64,000 bases of DNA from Thermoanaerobaculia bacterium (GTDB lineage: Bacteria; Acidobacteriota; Thermoanaerobaculia; UBA5066), in NCBI GenBank assembly GCA_963816185.1, contig CAWFJJ010000005.1:224001-288000 (forward strand), in the 5' to 3' direction. Shown here one piece after another: positions 12,829-21,457 of this stretch. How positions within the stretch are numbered: the first letter of the stretch is position 1; each line of letters starts with the position of its first letter. The translations under genes were made by a program, and so were the position numbers. The notes beneath the pieces were generated by a model. That model searched no databases. It saw only the letters and a program-made list of their open reading frames with translations, and had not been told where the DNA came from.

Positions 12829-13821
12829 GTGAGCACGCACGCGATCGCACGTCCTGTACCCGTCGACCCGTCGCTCGACCTCGAGGCGGCCATTCGCCGC
12901 CTCAAGAAGGAGCGAGACGCAGTCGTCCTGGCGCACTACTACCAGGAGTCCGAGATCCAGGACCTCGCCGATTTCGTGGGCGACTCGCTCGAGCTGGCGA
13001 GACGCGGGACGCAGGCTTCGGCACCGGTCATCGCGTTCGCGGGCGTCCACTTCATGGCCGAGACGTCGAAGATCCTCACGCCGGAAAAGACGGTCGTGGT
13101 GCCGGACCTCGAGGCCGGCTGCTCGCTCGCGGACGGCTGTCCGGCGCCGCTCTTCGGCGAGTGGCTGAAGAAATACCCCGGCCACACGGTCGTCAGCTAC
13201 ATCAACTGCTCGGCGGGCGTGAAGGCTCTCTCGGACGTCATCGTGACGTCGTCTTCGGCCGAGGTCATCCTGAGGCAGATCCCCGATCCGGTCGTGTTCG
13301 CGCCGGATCGGAACCTCGCCGCGTGGCTCGAGAAGAAGCTGAATCGCACCTTCGTGGTGTGGCCGGGAACGTGCATCGTGCACGAGACGTTCTCGGAGAA
13401 GAAGCTCGTCGACCTCATGACACGCCATCCCGGCGCGGAGGTCATCGCGCACCCGGAATGCGAAGAGCGGATCCTGCGCTACGCGGCCGTCGTGGCCTCC
13501 ACCTCGGGACTCCTGAAGCACGTCGTGACGTCGCCGAAGGACGCGTTCATCGTGGCGACGGAGGAAGGGATCCTCCACCAGATGCGCCGGGCGGCGCCGG
13601 GCAAGACGCTCATCCCCGCCCCGCCGGACGCGGACTGCGCGTGCAACACGTGCCCGCACATGAAGCGCAACACGCTCGAGAAGCTGTATCTCTGCCTGCG
13701 CGACCTTAAGCCTTCGATCGAAGTTCCCGAAGACGTGAGAGTCAAGGCGAAGCGCTCCATCGACCGGATGCTCGAGATGACGGCCGGTATGACGCTGACC
13801 CCCGTCGGCTCGCGCTCTTGA
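12829..13821 (+). CDS. nadA: Quinolinate synthase
   Basis: LAHYYQ, GDSLEL, GVHFMAET, AGCSLA, SYINCSA, CIVH, AHPEC, CPHMK. Confidence 0.97.
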   Translation: MSTHAIARPVPVDPSLDLEAAIRRLKKERDAVVLAHYYQESEIQDLADFVGDSLELARRGTQASAPVIAFAGVHFMAETSKILTPEKTVVVPDLEAGCSLADGCPAPLFGEWLKKYPGHTVVSYINCSAGVKALSDVIVTSSSAEVILRQIPDPVVFAPDRNLAAWLEKKLNRTFVVWPGTCIVHETFSEKKLVDLMTRHPGAEVIAHPECEERILRYAAVVASTSGLLKHVVTSPKDAFIVATEEGILHQMRRAAPGKTLIPAPPDADCACNTCPHMKRNTLEKLYLCLRDLKPSIEVPEDVRVKAKRSIDRMLEMTAGMTLTPVGSRS

Positions 13822-14987
13822 GGGAGGAGCGCCGCCCGCCGCTCGAAGGGATCGTCGTCCTCGACCTGTCGCGCGTCCTGGCCGGGCCGGTCGCGACGAT
13901 GGTCCTCGCGGACCTCGGCGCGCGCATCGTGAAGGTCGAGGATCCGCGCGGCGGCGACTTTTCGCGCGGATGGAAACCGCCCGTGCTCGACGGCGAGTCG
14001 GCCTACTTCCTGTCCGTGAACCGGCGAAAGGAATCGGCCGCCGTGGATCTCGGGTCGGAAGCGGGCGGTGAGTTCGTGCGCCGCTGGGCCGCGAAGGCGG
14101 ACGTTCTCGTCGAGAACTTCCTTCCCGGCGCGCTCGAGAGGCGTGGTCTCGGAGTCGAGACGCTGCGCGCGCTCAATCCGCGCCTCGTCGTCTGCTCGAT
14201 CTCGGGCGCGGGAGACGTGGGGCCGGAAGCAGGCGAGCCGGGGTTCGACCTCCTCGCCCAGGGCGCGACGGGGCTCATGTGGATCACGGGGCCGCCGGAC
14301 GATGGCCCTCAGAAGGTGGGAGTCGCGGTCGTCGACGTGCTCGCCGGCTGGTCCGCGGTGACGGCGATCCTCGGCGCGCTCCATGCGCGCGAGCGCGACG
14401 GAAAGGGAGCCCACGTGAAGACGAACCTCATCTCGACGGGTCTCGCCGCGCTCGTCAACGTCTCGGGCTCGGCGCTCGTGACCGGCCGCGAGGCCATGCG
14501 CCATGGCAATTCCCACGCGACGATCGAGCCGTATCGCGCCTTCGAGGCTTCGAATGGCGGATTCCTGCTCGCCGTCGGGACGGATCGGCAGTTCGAGTCT
14601 CTGTGCGAGAAGGTCCTCGGGCGGAAGGACATCTCGAAGGACGCGCGCTTCTCGACGAATGCCGCGCGCGTGGTCAACCGCAAGGACCTCGTCCCCATTC
14701 TCGCGTCTCTCTTCGAAAAAGAGCCGCGTGCGATCTGGCTCCAACGTTGCAAGGCTGCCGGGATTCCCGCCGGCCCCGTGGCGGGCGTGCTCGAGGCGAT
14801 TCGATCTCCTCAGGCGACGGCGCTGGGATCGGTCCTCGAGACGACCCGCGACGGACGGACGGTGCCCACGATTCGGCCGCCTTTTTTCCTCGACGGTTTC
14901 GCCGACCCCGCGCCCGCCGCCCCTCCGCGTCTCGGGGAGGACACCGAAAGACTCTTCGCGGAGGTCGGACTCGCTCCGCCTTCCTGA
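13818..14987 (+). CDS. Family III CoA-transferase (CaiB/BaiF)
   Basis: PLEGIVVLDLSRVLAGP...LADLGARIVKVE, NRRKES, DVLVENF, catalytic Asp in VVDVLAG. Confidence 0.93.
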   Translation: MREERRPPLEGIVVLDLSRVLAGPVATMVLADLGARIVKVEDPRGGDFSRGWKPPVLDGESAYFLSVNRRKESAAVDLGSEAGGEFVRRWAAKADVLVENFLPGALERRGLGVETLRALNPRLVVCSISGAGDVGPEAGEPGFDLLAQGATGLMWITGPPDDGPQKVGVAVVDVLAGWSAVTAILGALHARERDGKGAHVKTNLISTGLAALVNVSGSALVTGREAMRHGNSHATIEPYRAFEASNGGFLLAVGTDRQFESLCEKVLGRKDISKDARFSTNAARVVNRKDLVPILASLFEKEPRAIWLQRCKAAGIPAGPVAGVLEAIRSPQATALGSVLETTRDGRTVPTIRPPFFLDGFADPAPAAPPRLGEDTERLFAEVGLAPPS

Positions 14988-15038
14988 CCTTCCTCGGTTC
15001 GACCCAGCGACCTGGCACCGCTGGTATTCTCCGCGCGG

Positions 15039-15641
15039 ATGAAGGTCGCGTTCATCGGTACACACGGCGTCGGGAAGACCACCCTCTGCTACGACCTCGC
15101 GGCGGCCCTGAAGAAGAGGGATCTGACCGTGGAGCTCGTTCGGGAGGTCGCGCGCGAGTGCCCGCTGCCCATCAACCAGGACACGACGCTCAAGGCTCAG
15201 GCCTGGATTCTGCACACGCAGATCGCCTGGGAGCTGCAGGCCGAAGCGAAGGCGGACGTCGTGTTCTGCGACCGCGCCGTCCTCGACAATTTCTGCTACA
15301 TGCGGCGTGCGTTCACGGGCGCCCCTGCCGAATCGATCCTCGAGGAGCTTGTCCGGAGCTGGACGAAGACGTACGACGCGCTCTTCAAGGTTCCGATCGT
15401 CGGCGATCCGCGCTTCGACGGCGTACGCGACACGGACCTCAAGTTCCAGCGAGAGATTGACGGCGCGATCGAACAAACGCTCGCCGTCTGGGGCGTCCCG
15501 CACGTCCCGCTCGATCCGGCCCGACGCGGCGAGTGGGGAGCGCTCGTCCTCGACGCGCTCCTCCCGCGCCTCCGACCACAGGAGCTGCTCTTCCCGGAGC
15601 CGGGAGAGCGCCTTACCACCACGGGGGTCCCCGATGCCTGA
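15039..15641 (+). CDS. P-loop NTPase (AAA_28 / NadR-kinase-like)
   Basis: GTHGVGKTT Walker A, EVAR, CDRAVLD, DGVRD. Confidence 0.8.
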   Translation: MKVAFIGTHGVGKTTLCYDLAAALKKRDLTVELVREVARECPLPINQDTTLKAQAWILHTQIAWELQAEAKADVVFCDRAVLDNFCYMRRAFTGAPAESILEELVRSWTKTYDALFKVPIVGDPRFDGVRDTDLKFQREIDGAIEQTLAVWGVPHVPLDPARRGEWGALVLDALLPRLRPQELLFPEPGERLTTTGVPDA

Positions 15642-16569
15642 AACGACGTCCCTCGGCGTGAACGAACGCGCCCGCCACCTCGAAACACTCGCAGCCACGC
15701 CCGCCGCTCTCAGGGCCGCGCTCCGCGGCGTGCCTCGCAAGCTCCTCTTGTTCACGCCTGCGCCGGGCAAGTGGTCGATCCTCGAGATCCTGTGCCATCT
15801 GCGCGACATGGAGAGGGAGGGCTACCTCGAGAGGTACACGCGGATCCTCGCCGAAAACGAGCCGCGCCTTCCCGACCTGAACGGCGATGCGCTCGCGATC
15901 GAGCGCGATTACCGGGGGCAGAAAGCGGGGGACGTCCTGCGCGACTGGATGCGCCTGCGCCGCGAGAGCCTCCGGCTCCTCAAGAAGTCGAAGCCCGAGC
16001 AATGGCGCCGCGCGGGGTTCCACGAGACCGCGGGCCGGCTCACGATCGACGACCTCGTCGTGCGGCATGCGGTGGGCAACGACATCGCGCATCTCGCCCA
16101 GATCGATGCGATCAAGCGCCGGGCGGCCCTTCTCGAACGCCTCTCGGCCGCCCCCGCCGCGCTCACAGCCGCCCTGAAGGGCGTGCCCGACGACGTCCTG
16201 CGGCGCCGACCGCCGACCGGGAAGTGGTCGATGATCGAGAACGCCGCCCACGTGCGCGACATCGAGCGCATCTACCAGGAGCGCTTCTCGAAGGTGGCGT
16301 TCTCCGAAAGACCGGCGTTCTGGATGCTGGACAACGACCGGGCCGCAGCCCAATTGAAGTACGGGGAGTCCGATCCCGCAGCCGTCGCGAAGGAGTTCCG
16401 GCGGCTGAGGGAGGACACGCTGGTGCTTCTGCGCGCACTGCCCGACGCGGCCTGGCGGCGCATGGGCCTCCACCCGAAGCGCGGCGAGCTGACCCTCGAG
16501 CAGCTCGCCGCGGTCCTCGCGGGCCACGACGACAACCACATCGGAAAGATCCGGGAGCTGCGGGGATAA
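15634..16569 (+). CDS. Tandem DinB/YfiT-like protein (two domains)
   Basis: GKWSILEILCHLRD and GKWSMIENAAHVRD, ending NDIAH and HDDNH; ATG overlaps the upstream gene. Confidence 0.88.
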   Translation: MPETTSLGVNERARHLETLAATPAALRAALRGVPRKLLLFTPAPGKWSILEILCHLRDMEREGYLERYTRILAENEPRLPDLNGDALAIERDYRGQKAGDVLRDWMRLRRESLRLLKKSKPEQWRRAGFHETAGRLTIDDLVVRHAVGNDIAHLAQIDAIKRRAALLERLSAAPAALTAALKGVPDDVLRRRPPTGKWSMIENAAHVRDIERIYQERFSKVAFSERPAFWMLDNDRAAAQLKYGESDPAAVAKEFRRLREDTLVLLRALPDAAWRRMGLHPKRGELTLEQLAAVLAGHDDNHIGKIRELRG

Positions 16570-16586
16570 AGAACGCGTGGTCGTCT

Positions 16587-16675
16587 CGCGCGAGCGGTAT
16601 ACCCTCCTCCTTCGCGCGTGAACTCGCTTCGCTCAGACAGCACGCGCGTGCGTCGGAGGGCATACCGCCCCGCGC
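16587..16675. repeat. Long imperfect palindrome (REP/MITE-like or terminator)
   Basis: GCGGTATACCCTCC (16594-16607) pairs with GGAGGGCATACCGC (16655-16668); inner CGCGCGTG/CACGCGCG; loop contains CTCGCTTCGCTC. Confidence 0.7.
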
Positions 16676-16682
16676 TCGACTC

Positions 16683-16710
16683 TTGACAAATCAATTTTCA
16701 TTGATATATT
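16683..16710 (+). promoter_or_regulatory. Sigma70 promoter of the ars operon with overlapping ArsR-type operator
   Basis: TTGACA (16683-16688), 16-nt spacer, TATATT (16705-16710); ATCAA-N6-TTGAT palindrome 16690-16705; ATG 6 nt after the -10. Confidence 0.85.
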
Positions 16711-16716
16711 GAAGGC

Positions 16717-17112
16717 ATGGCAGGACCGGCCATTCCAGCGAGGAAGACTCAATACCGCTTGGATGTTGCTCGACTCGCCCGCCTTTTCCATGCCCTGTCG
16801 GACGAGACGCGACTGAAGATCGTGGAACGGCTGCTTTTGGGTGAGCAGTGTGTCTGTAACCTCATGGAAATGCTAGCGTTAGGGCAATCGCATCTGTCGT
16901 TTCACATGAAGAGCCTGAAGGCTGCCGGGCTCGTGACCGACCGCCGCGACGGGCGCTGGATCCACTACTCCTTGAACCCCGAATCCCTCGGGGAGATCCA
17001 GGAATTCGTGGGAGCGGTCAACGAGAAGGCCACGCGGCTGGACGCCGCTCGCTGCTGCGAAGAGGAAAAGAAGACCTCGGTGGGACAACTCTACGGTTTC
17101 TCACTTTTCTAA
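16717..17112 (+). CDS. arsR: ArsR/SmtB-family As(III)-responsive repressor
   Basis: LFHALSDETRLKI, EQCVCNL, LSFHMKSLKAAGLV, C-terminal CC pair; first gene of the ars operon. Confidence 0.93.
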   Translation: MAGPAIPARKTQYRLDVARLARLFHALSDETRLKIVERLLLGEQCVCNLMEMLALGQSHLSFHMKSLKAAGLVTDRRDGRWIHYSLNPESLGEIQEFVGAVNEKATRLDAARCCEEEKKTSVGQLYGFSLF

Positions 17113-17114
17113 GA

Positions 17115-17130
17115 ATCAAGAATTCTTGAT
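17115..17130. promoter_or_regulatory. Second ArsR-type operator between arsR and arsM
   Basis: Perfect palindrome ATCAAGAATTCTTGAT with the same ATCAA-N6-TTGAT pattern as 16690-16705. Confidence 0.75.
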
Positions 17131-17145
17131 TAATTGGAGGACCCT

Positions 17146-17964
17146 GTGGCTGAAACGAGCATCAAGGACGTAGTCAAGGAGAAATACGGAGAAGCCGCCC
17201 GGCGGGCCGCGGCCGAAGGCGCGTCGTGCTGCGCCCCCGCGTGCTGCGGCGGGGAAAAAGACCCCATTACTTCGGATCTCTATTCTCTTTCGGAAACCGC
17301 AGGCCTCCCGACCGCGGCGGTGTCGGCCTCGCTCGGGTGCGGCAACCCGACGGCCCTCGCGAGTCTGAACGCGGGCGACACGGTCCTCGACCTCGGCTCG
17401 GGCGGCGGCATCGACGTTCTCCTTTCGGCTCGCCGTGTCGGCCCCACCGGGAAGGTCTACGGCCTCGACATGACGGACGACATGCTCGCCCTCGCCCGCG
17501 AGAACCAGCGGAAGGCGGGCGTGACAAACGTGGAGTTCCTCAAGGGCGAGCTCGAGAACATCCCGCTCCCCGACGGGAGTATCGACGTCATCATCTCGAA
17601 CTGCGTCGTGAACCTCTCGGCCGACAAGGACCGCGCGCTGACCGAGGCGTTCCGCGTCCTCAAGCCGGGCGGGCGGTTCGCGGTGTCGGACGTCGTCGTG
17701 AGAGGCGAAGTCCCGGCCGACGTCCGGAAGAACGTCGAGCTCTGGATCGGCTGCCTCGCGGGCGCTCTCGAGGAGAAGGATTTCGAGGCGAAGCTGAAGA
17801 AAGCGGGCTTCACGGACGTCGCGATCGTGCCGACGCGCGTCTACACGATCGCGGACGCGCAGGATTTCCTCTCGGCTGCGGGGATCGACGTGGACGCGAT
17901 TGGACCACTCGTCGATGGCAAGTTCATGAGCGCGTTCGTTCGAGCGACGAAGCCGGCGGTGTAG
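17146..17964 (+). CDS. arsM: Arsenite S-adenosylmethionine methyltransferase
   Basis: GGAGG RBS then GTG; [33 protein letters not shown]. Confidence 0.95.
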   Translation: MAETSIKDVVKEKYGEAARRAAAEGASCCAPACCGGEKDPITSDLYSLSETAGLPTAAVSASLGCGNPTALASLNAGDTVLDLGSGGGIDVLLSARRVGPTGKVYGLDMTDDMLALARENQRKAGVTNVEFLKGELENIPLPDGSIDVIISNCVVNLSADKDRALTEAFRVLKPGGRFAVSDVVVRGEVPADVRKNVELWIGCLAGALEEKDFEAKLKKAGFTDVAIVPTRVYTIADAQDFLSAAGIDVDAIGPLVDGKFMSAFVRATKPAV

Positions 17965-17974
17965 GGAAGAGCAT

Positions 17975-19072
17975 GTGAGCGAAGCGTCCGCGCCGAAGCG
18001 CCTGAACGTCTTCGAGCGCTACCTCACCCTCTGGGTCGCTCTCTGCATGGTCGCCGGAGTGACGATCGGAAAGCTCCTTCCGGGCCTGACCGGCGCGATC
18101 CGCGGGCTCGAGTTCGGCGAGGGGAGCCAGATCAACGTCGCGATCGCGGTCCTGATCTGGCTGATGGTCTACCCGATGATGCTCAAGATCGATTTCACGA
18201 GCATTCTCGGCGTGAGAAAGAAGCCGAAGGGTCTTCTCGTGACCCTCTTCGTGAACTGGCTCGTCAAGCCGTTCTCGATGGCCTTCCTGGCCTGGCTTTT
18301 CTTCAAGCATGTCTTCGCGGGCCTCATCGCGCCCGGTCTCGCCGACCAGTACATCGCGGGGGCCATCATCCTGGCCGCGGCCCCCTGCACGGCGATGGTT
18401 TTCGTCTGGTCGTACCTCACCGACGGCGACCCGGCCTACACGCTGGTCCAGGTCTCCGTGAACGACCTGATCATGCTCGTCCTGTTCGCGCCGATCGTCA
18501 CGCTCCTCGTAAGCGGTGCGAGCAACCTGACCGTGCCGGTGAAGGTCCTGATCACCAGCGTGATCTCGTTCATCGTCATCCCGCTGGTTCTCGGGAGCCT
18601 GAGCCGGACGATTCTCCTCCGCGCGAAGGGCGTCGAGTGGTTCGAGACCCGCTTCCTGGCCTTCTTCCACCCGGTCACGGTGATCGCGCTCCTCGCGACG
18701 CTCGTCCTCATCTTCGCGTTCCAGGCCGACAACCTCCTGACGCACTGGTTCCACGTCGTCCTCATCGCCATCCCGCTCCTGATCCAGGTCTACTTCAACT
18801 CCGGACTCACGTACGGCCTGATGAAGCTTCTGAGGGTTCCGCACAACGTGGCGGCTCCGGGCGCACTCATCGGCGCGAGCAACTTCTTCGAGCTGGCGGT
18901 CGCGACCGCGATCGCCCTTTACGGGCCGGGCTCCGGCGCGGCGCTCGCCACGGTGGTTGGTGTCCTCGTCGAAGTCCCCGTGATGCTCTCCGTCTGTGCC
19001 GCGTGCAACCGCACCCGAGCCTGGTTTCCGCCGCCCGCTCCGGCGGTGGCCCCGGCCGGAGGGATGCGGTGA
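17975..19072 (+). CDS. acr3: ACR3-family arsenite efflux transporter
   Basis: [54 protein letters not shown]. Confidence 0.96.
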   Translation: MSEASAPKRLNVFERYLTLWVALCMVAGVTIGKLLPGLTGAIRGLEFGEGSQINVAIAVLIWLMVYPMMLKIDFTSILGVRKKPKGLLVTLFVNWLVKPFSMAFLAWLFFKHVFAGLIAPGLADQYIAGAIILAAAPCTAMVFVWSYLTDGDPAYTLVQVSVNDLIMLVLFAPIVTLLVSGASNLTVPVKVLITSVISFIVIPLVLGSLSRTILLRAKGVEWFETRFLAFFHPVTVIALLATLVLIFAFQADNLLTHWFHVVLIAIPLLIQVYFNSGLTYGLMKLLRVPHNVAAPGALIGASNFFELAVATAIALYGPGSGAALATVVGVLVEVPVMLSVCAACNRTRAWFPPPAPAVAPAGGMR

Positions 19073-19467
19073 AGACCGGCGGGCTCCTCTTCCTGTGTGT
19101 GGCGAATTCGGCCCGGAGCCAGATGGCAGAAGGGCTGGCGCGCGCGCGCTTCGGGGACGCCGTACGCGTGCAGAGTGCCGGCTCGGACGCCGCTGGCGTG
19201 AACCCGCTCGCGGTGAAGGCTCTCGCGGAGCTCGGGATCGACATCTCGCTCCAGACCTCCAAGACCGTCGACACGATCGATCCTTCGACTGTCGATACCG
19301 TCGTCACGCTCTGCGCCGAAGAGGTCTGCCCGGTCTATCTGTCGAAGGCGCAGCGCCTGCACTGGCCGCTTCCGGATCCGACGGCCGGAGGCGGTTCGGA
19401 GGAGGAGCAGCTCAACCGGTTCCGCCGAACGCGGGACGAGATCCGCGCGCGCCTCGAGACCTTGTAA
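19069..19467 (+). CDS. arsC: Arsenate reductase, LMW-PTP/thioredoxin type
   Basis: [31 protein letters not shown]; GTG overlaps the acr3 stop. Confidence 0.93.
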   Translation: MKTGGLLFLCVANSARSQMAEGLARARFGDAVRVQSAGSDAAGVNPLAVKALAELGIDISLQTSKTVDTIDPSTVDTVVTLCAEEVCPVYLSKAQRLHWPLPDPTAGGGSEEEQLNRFRRTRDEIRARLETL

Positions 19468-21282
19468 CTACGGGTTCTCGGACACGCAGACGCGGTCGCG
19501 CCCCTCCTGCTTGGCTCGATAGAGGGCGACGTCGGCGTTTTGCATGAGGACGTCGCGGCTCGAGCCGTTCTCCGGATAGGTCGCCACCCCCAGAGACAGG
19601 GTCACGGGATCCAGAACCCGCGTTCCGTGCTGCACGCGCAGCTGTCTCGCGGCCTCCCGGATCTCCTCGGCCCGCTGCACCGCGGTCTCTCGGGAGGCGT
19701 CCTGCAGAAGGATCGTGAACTCCTCCCCCCCGTAGCGGCAGGCGATGTCACCGGCTCGGATCCGCCGCTGCAGGAACGAGCCCAGATCCCGCAGAAGCGC
19801 ATCGCCGGCATCGTGACCGAAGGTATCGTTGAAGGTCTTGAAGTGGTCGATGTCCACCATGAGGATGCCGAGCACCTTGCCTTGGCGTTCGGCGCGGCGC
19901 AGCTCCCGCGTCAAGGACTCTTCCATGTAACGGCGGTTGAATAGGCCGGTGAGGGGATCCCGCACGGACAGGTGTTGAAGGGTCTCCTGCAGCTTCAGCT
20001 TGGCCAGAGCCAGACCCAGATGCTCTCCCACCCGGACTCCGAGGTGCTGACGGGCATCCCATCGCTCCGGGTCGGCGGACGCGAGCAGAAGGTGGAGCGT
20101 CCCGAGAGCCGCCCCATGGGCCATCATGGGCACGCACAGGTAGGCGGCGTGTCCGTCCGTCACGTGTCTGCATCGCAGGCCGGCCTCGATGTCCGACCGA
20201 CCGTGGATTCGTCCTCGCCGCAGGCTCCAGCAGTCGTCCGGGGAGAAGACGCTTTCGCCGACGGGCTTGTCTCCCCACGCGGCAACGGCCTCGACCGTCT
20301 GGCCTGACTCTCCGAAGACGAGCAGGGCTCCGGAATCCTCCGGAAACAGCTGCCTCGCGAAGACCTGAAACCCCGTGTGGGCCTCTGCGCTCGTGTTGCA
20401 GCTCTGCAGGAGATCGCCCATCTGACCGAGCAGGTTGATCTCGGCGTTGCGATGCTCGAGCTCCCGTCCCCAGAGCATCAGGCGATCGTTGGCGTGCTGG
20501 AGCTCCAGGGTCCGTTCCGCCACCGTAGCTTCCAGCTCCTTCCGCTCCGTGATGTCGAAGAAAAGCCCGCTGATGTACTCCACCCTGCCCGCTTCGTCGC
20601 AGACGATGTGGCTCCTCTCGTGGATCCAGACGGGTCTTCCATTCGCGGATCTCACGCGATACTCCCGAACGTAGGCCCGGCTGGTCCTCAGGGCCTGGAG
20701 AAAAGCTCCTCTCGCGGCTTCGCGGTCTTCCTCCCAGATCAGATCCGTCCACTTCATCCCGTGAGGACCGAATGACGTCTGGGCGTAGCCGATCAGCGCC
20801 TCCACCTTCCGGTCGAAGAGGTCGATCGTGCCGTCGACATACCCCTTGAACGTGACGGCCGGGATGTTGTCGACCACGATTCTGAAGTCCTGCTCGGCCT
20901 TGTGAAGACTCTGCTCGAGACTCTTCCGGTCCGTGACGTCGAAGAACAGGCCGGTGATGCATTCGATCCTGCCGCCGGGATCACAGACGATGTGACTCCG
21001 CTCGTGGACCCAGACGTGATTCCCGGACCTGGCGCTGATCCGGTACTCGCGGGTGTAGGCCTTTCCGGCCTTGAGCGCGGCGAGGAAAGCTTCCTTGGCG
21101 GCACCGCGATCCGAGTCGAGGATCAGATCCGTCCACTTCCGCTCCCGGGTCTCGAACTCTTCCTTGGTGTAGCCGGTCATGGCCTCCACCTTCCGGTCGA
21201 AGAGATCGATGGTCCCGTCGGCGTAACCTCGAAAGAGAACGGCCGGAATGTCGGCGAGAATCGCGTCAAAGTCCCAGCTCAT
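19468..21282 (-). CDS. Diguanylate cyclase, PAS-PAS-GAF-GGDEF
   Basis: Two similar PAS/PAC repeats (DLFDRKVEA...REYR...WxHERSHIVCD), DCWSLRRG GAF, DPLTGLFNRR, RAGD I-site, GGEEF. Confidence 0.93.
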   Translation of the reverse strand: MSWDFDAILADIPAVLFRGYADGTIDLFDRKVEAMTGYTKEEFETRERKWTDLILDSDRGAAKEAFLAALKAGKAYTREYRISARSGNHVWVHERSHIVCDPGGRIECITGLFFDVTDRKSLEQSLHKAEQDFRIVVDNIPAVTFKGYVDGTIDLFDRKVEALIGYAQTSFGPHGMKWTDLIWEEDREAARGAFLQALRTSRAYVREYRVRSANGRPVWIHERSHIVCDEAGRVEYISGLFFDITERKELEATVAERTLELQHANDRLMLWGRELEHRNAEINLLGQMGDLLQSCNTSAEAHTGFQVFARQLFPEDSGALLVFGESGQTVEAVAAWGDKPVGESVFSPDDCWSLRRGRIHGRSDIEAGLRCRHVTDGHAAYLCVPMMAHGAALGTLHLLLASADPERWDARQHLGVRVGEHLGLALAKLKLQETLQHLSVRDPLTGLFNRRYMEESLTRELRRAERQGKVLGILMVDIDHFKTFNDTFGHDAGDALLRDLGSFLQRRIRAGDIACRYGGEEFTILLQDASRETAVQRAEEIREAARQLRVQHGTRVLDPVTLSLGVATYPENGSSRDVLMQNADVALYRAKQEGRDRVCVSENP

Positions 21283-21457
21283 TCCCGCCAGAATAGGAAG
21301 ATCGATCCGGACCCGCAAGCGAGCAGGGCCGAGGACATCTCAAGTGCCGAGTCTTTCTTGGCCAGCCATGAGCCCGGACCTTTCCGTTTGTCGCATGTCT
21401 CAAGGAAAGCGGAGCGCTGCAGACAGCGAGGACAGCCCCCGCCGAGGAGAGAACGCC

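Noticed and set aside
13479-15809. Many long Arg/Pro/Ala-rich ORFs (for example 13479-15809 -, 25743-28523 +, 36853-39225 +, 58283-60880 -)
   Set aside because: Opposite-strand or off-frame shadows of well-supported genes, expected at this GC content; no motifs
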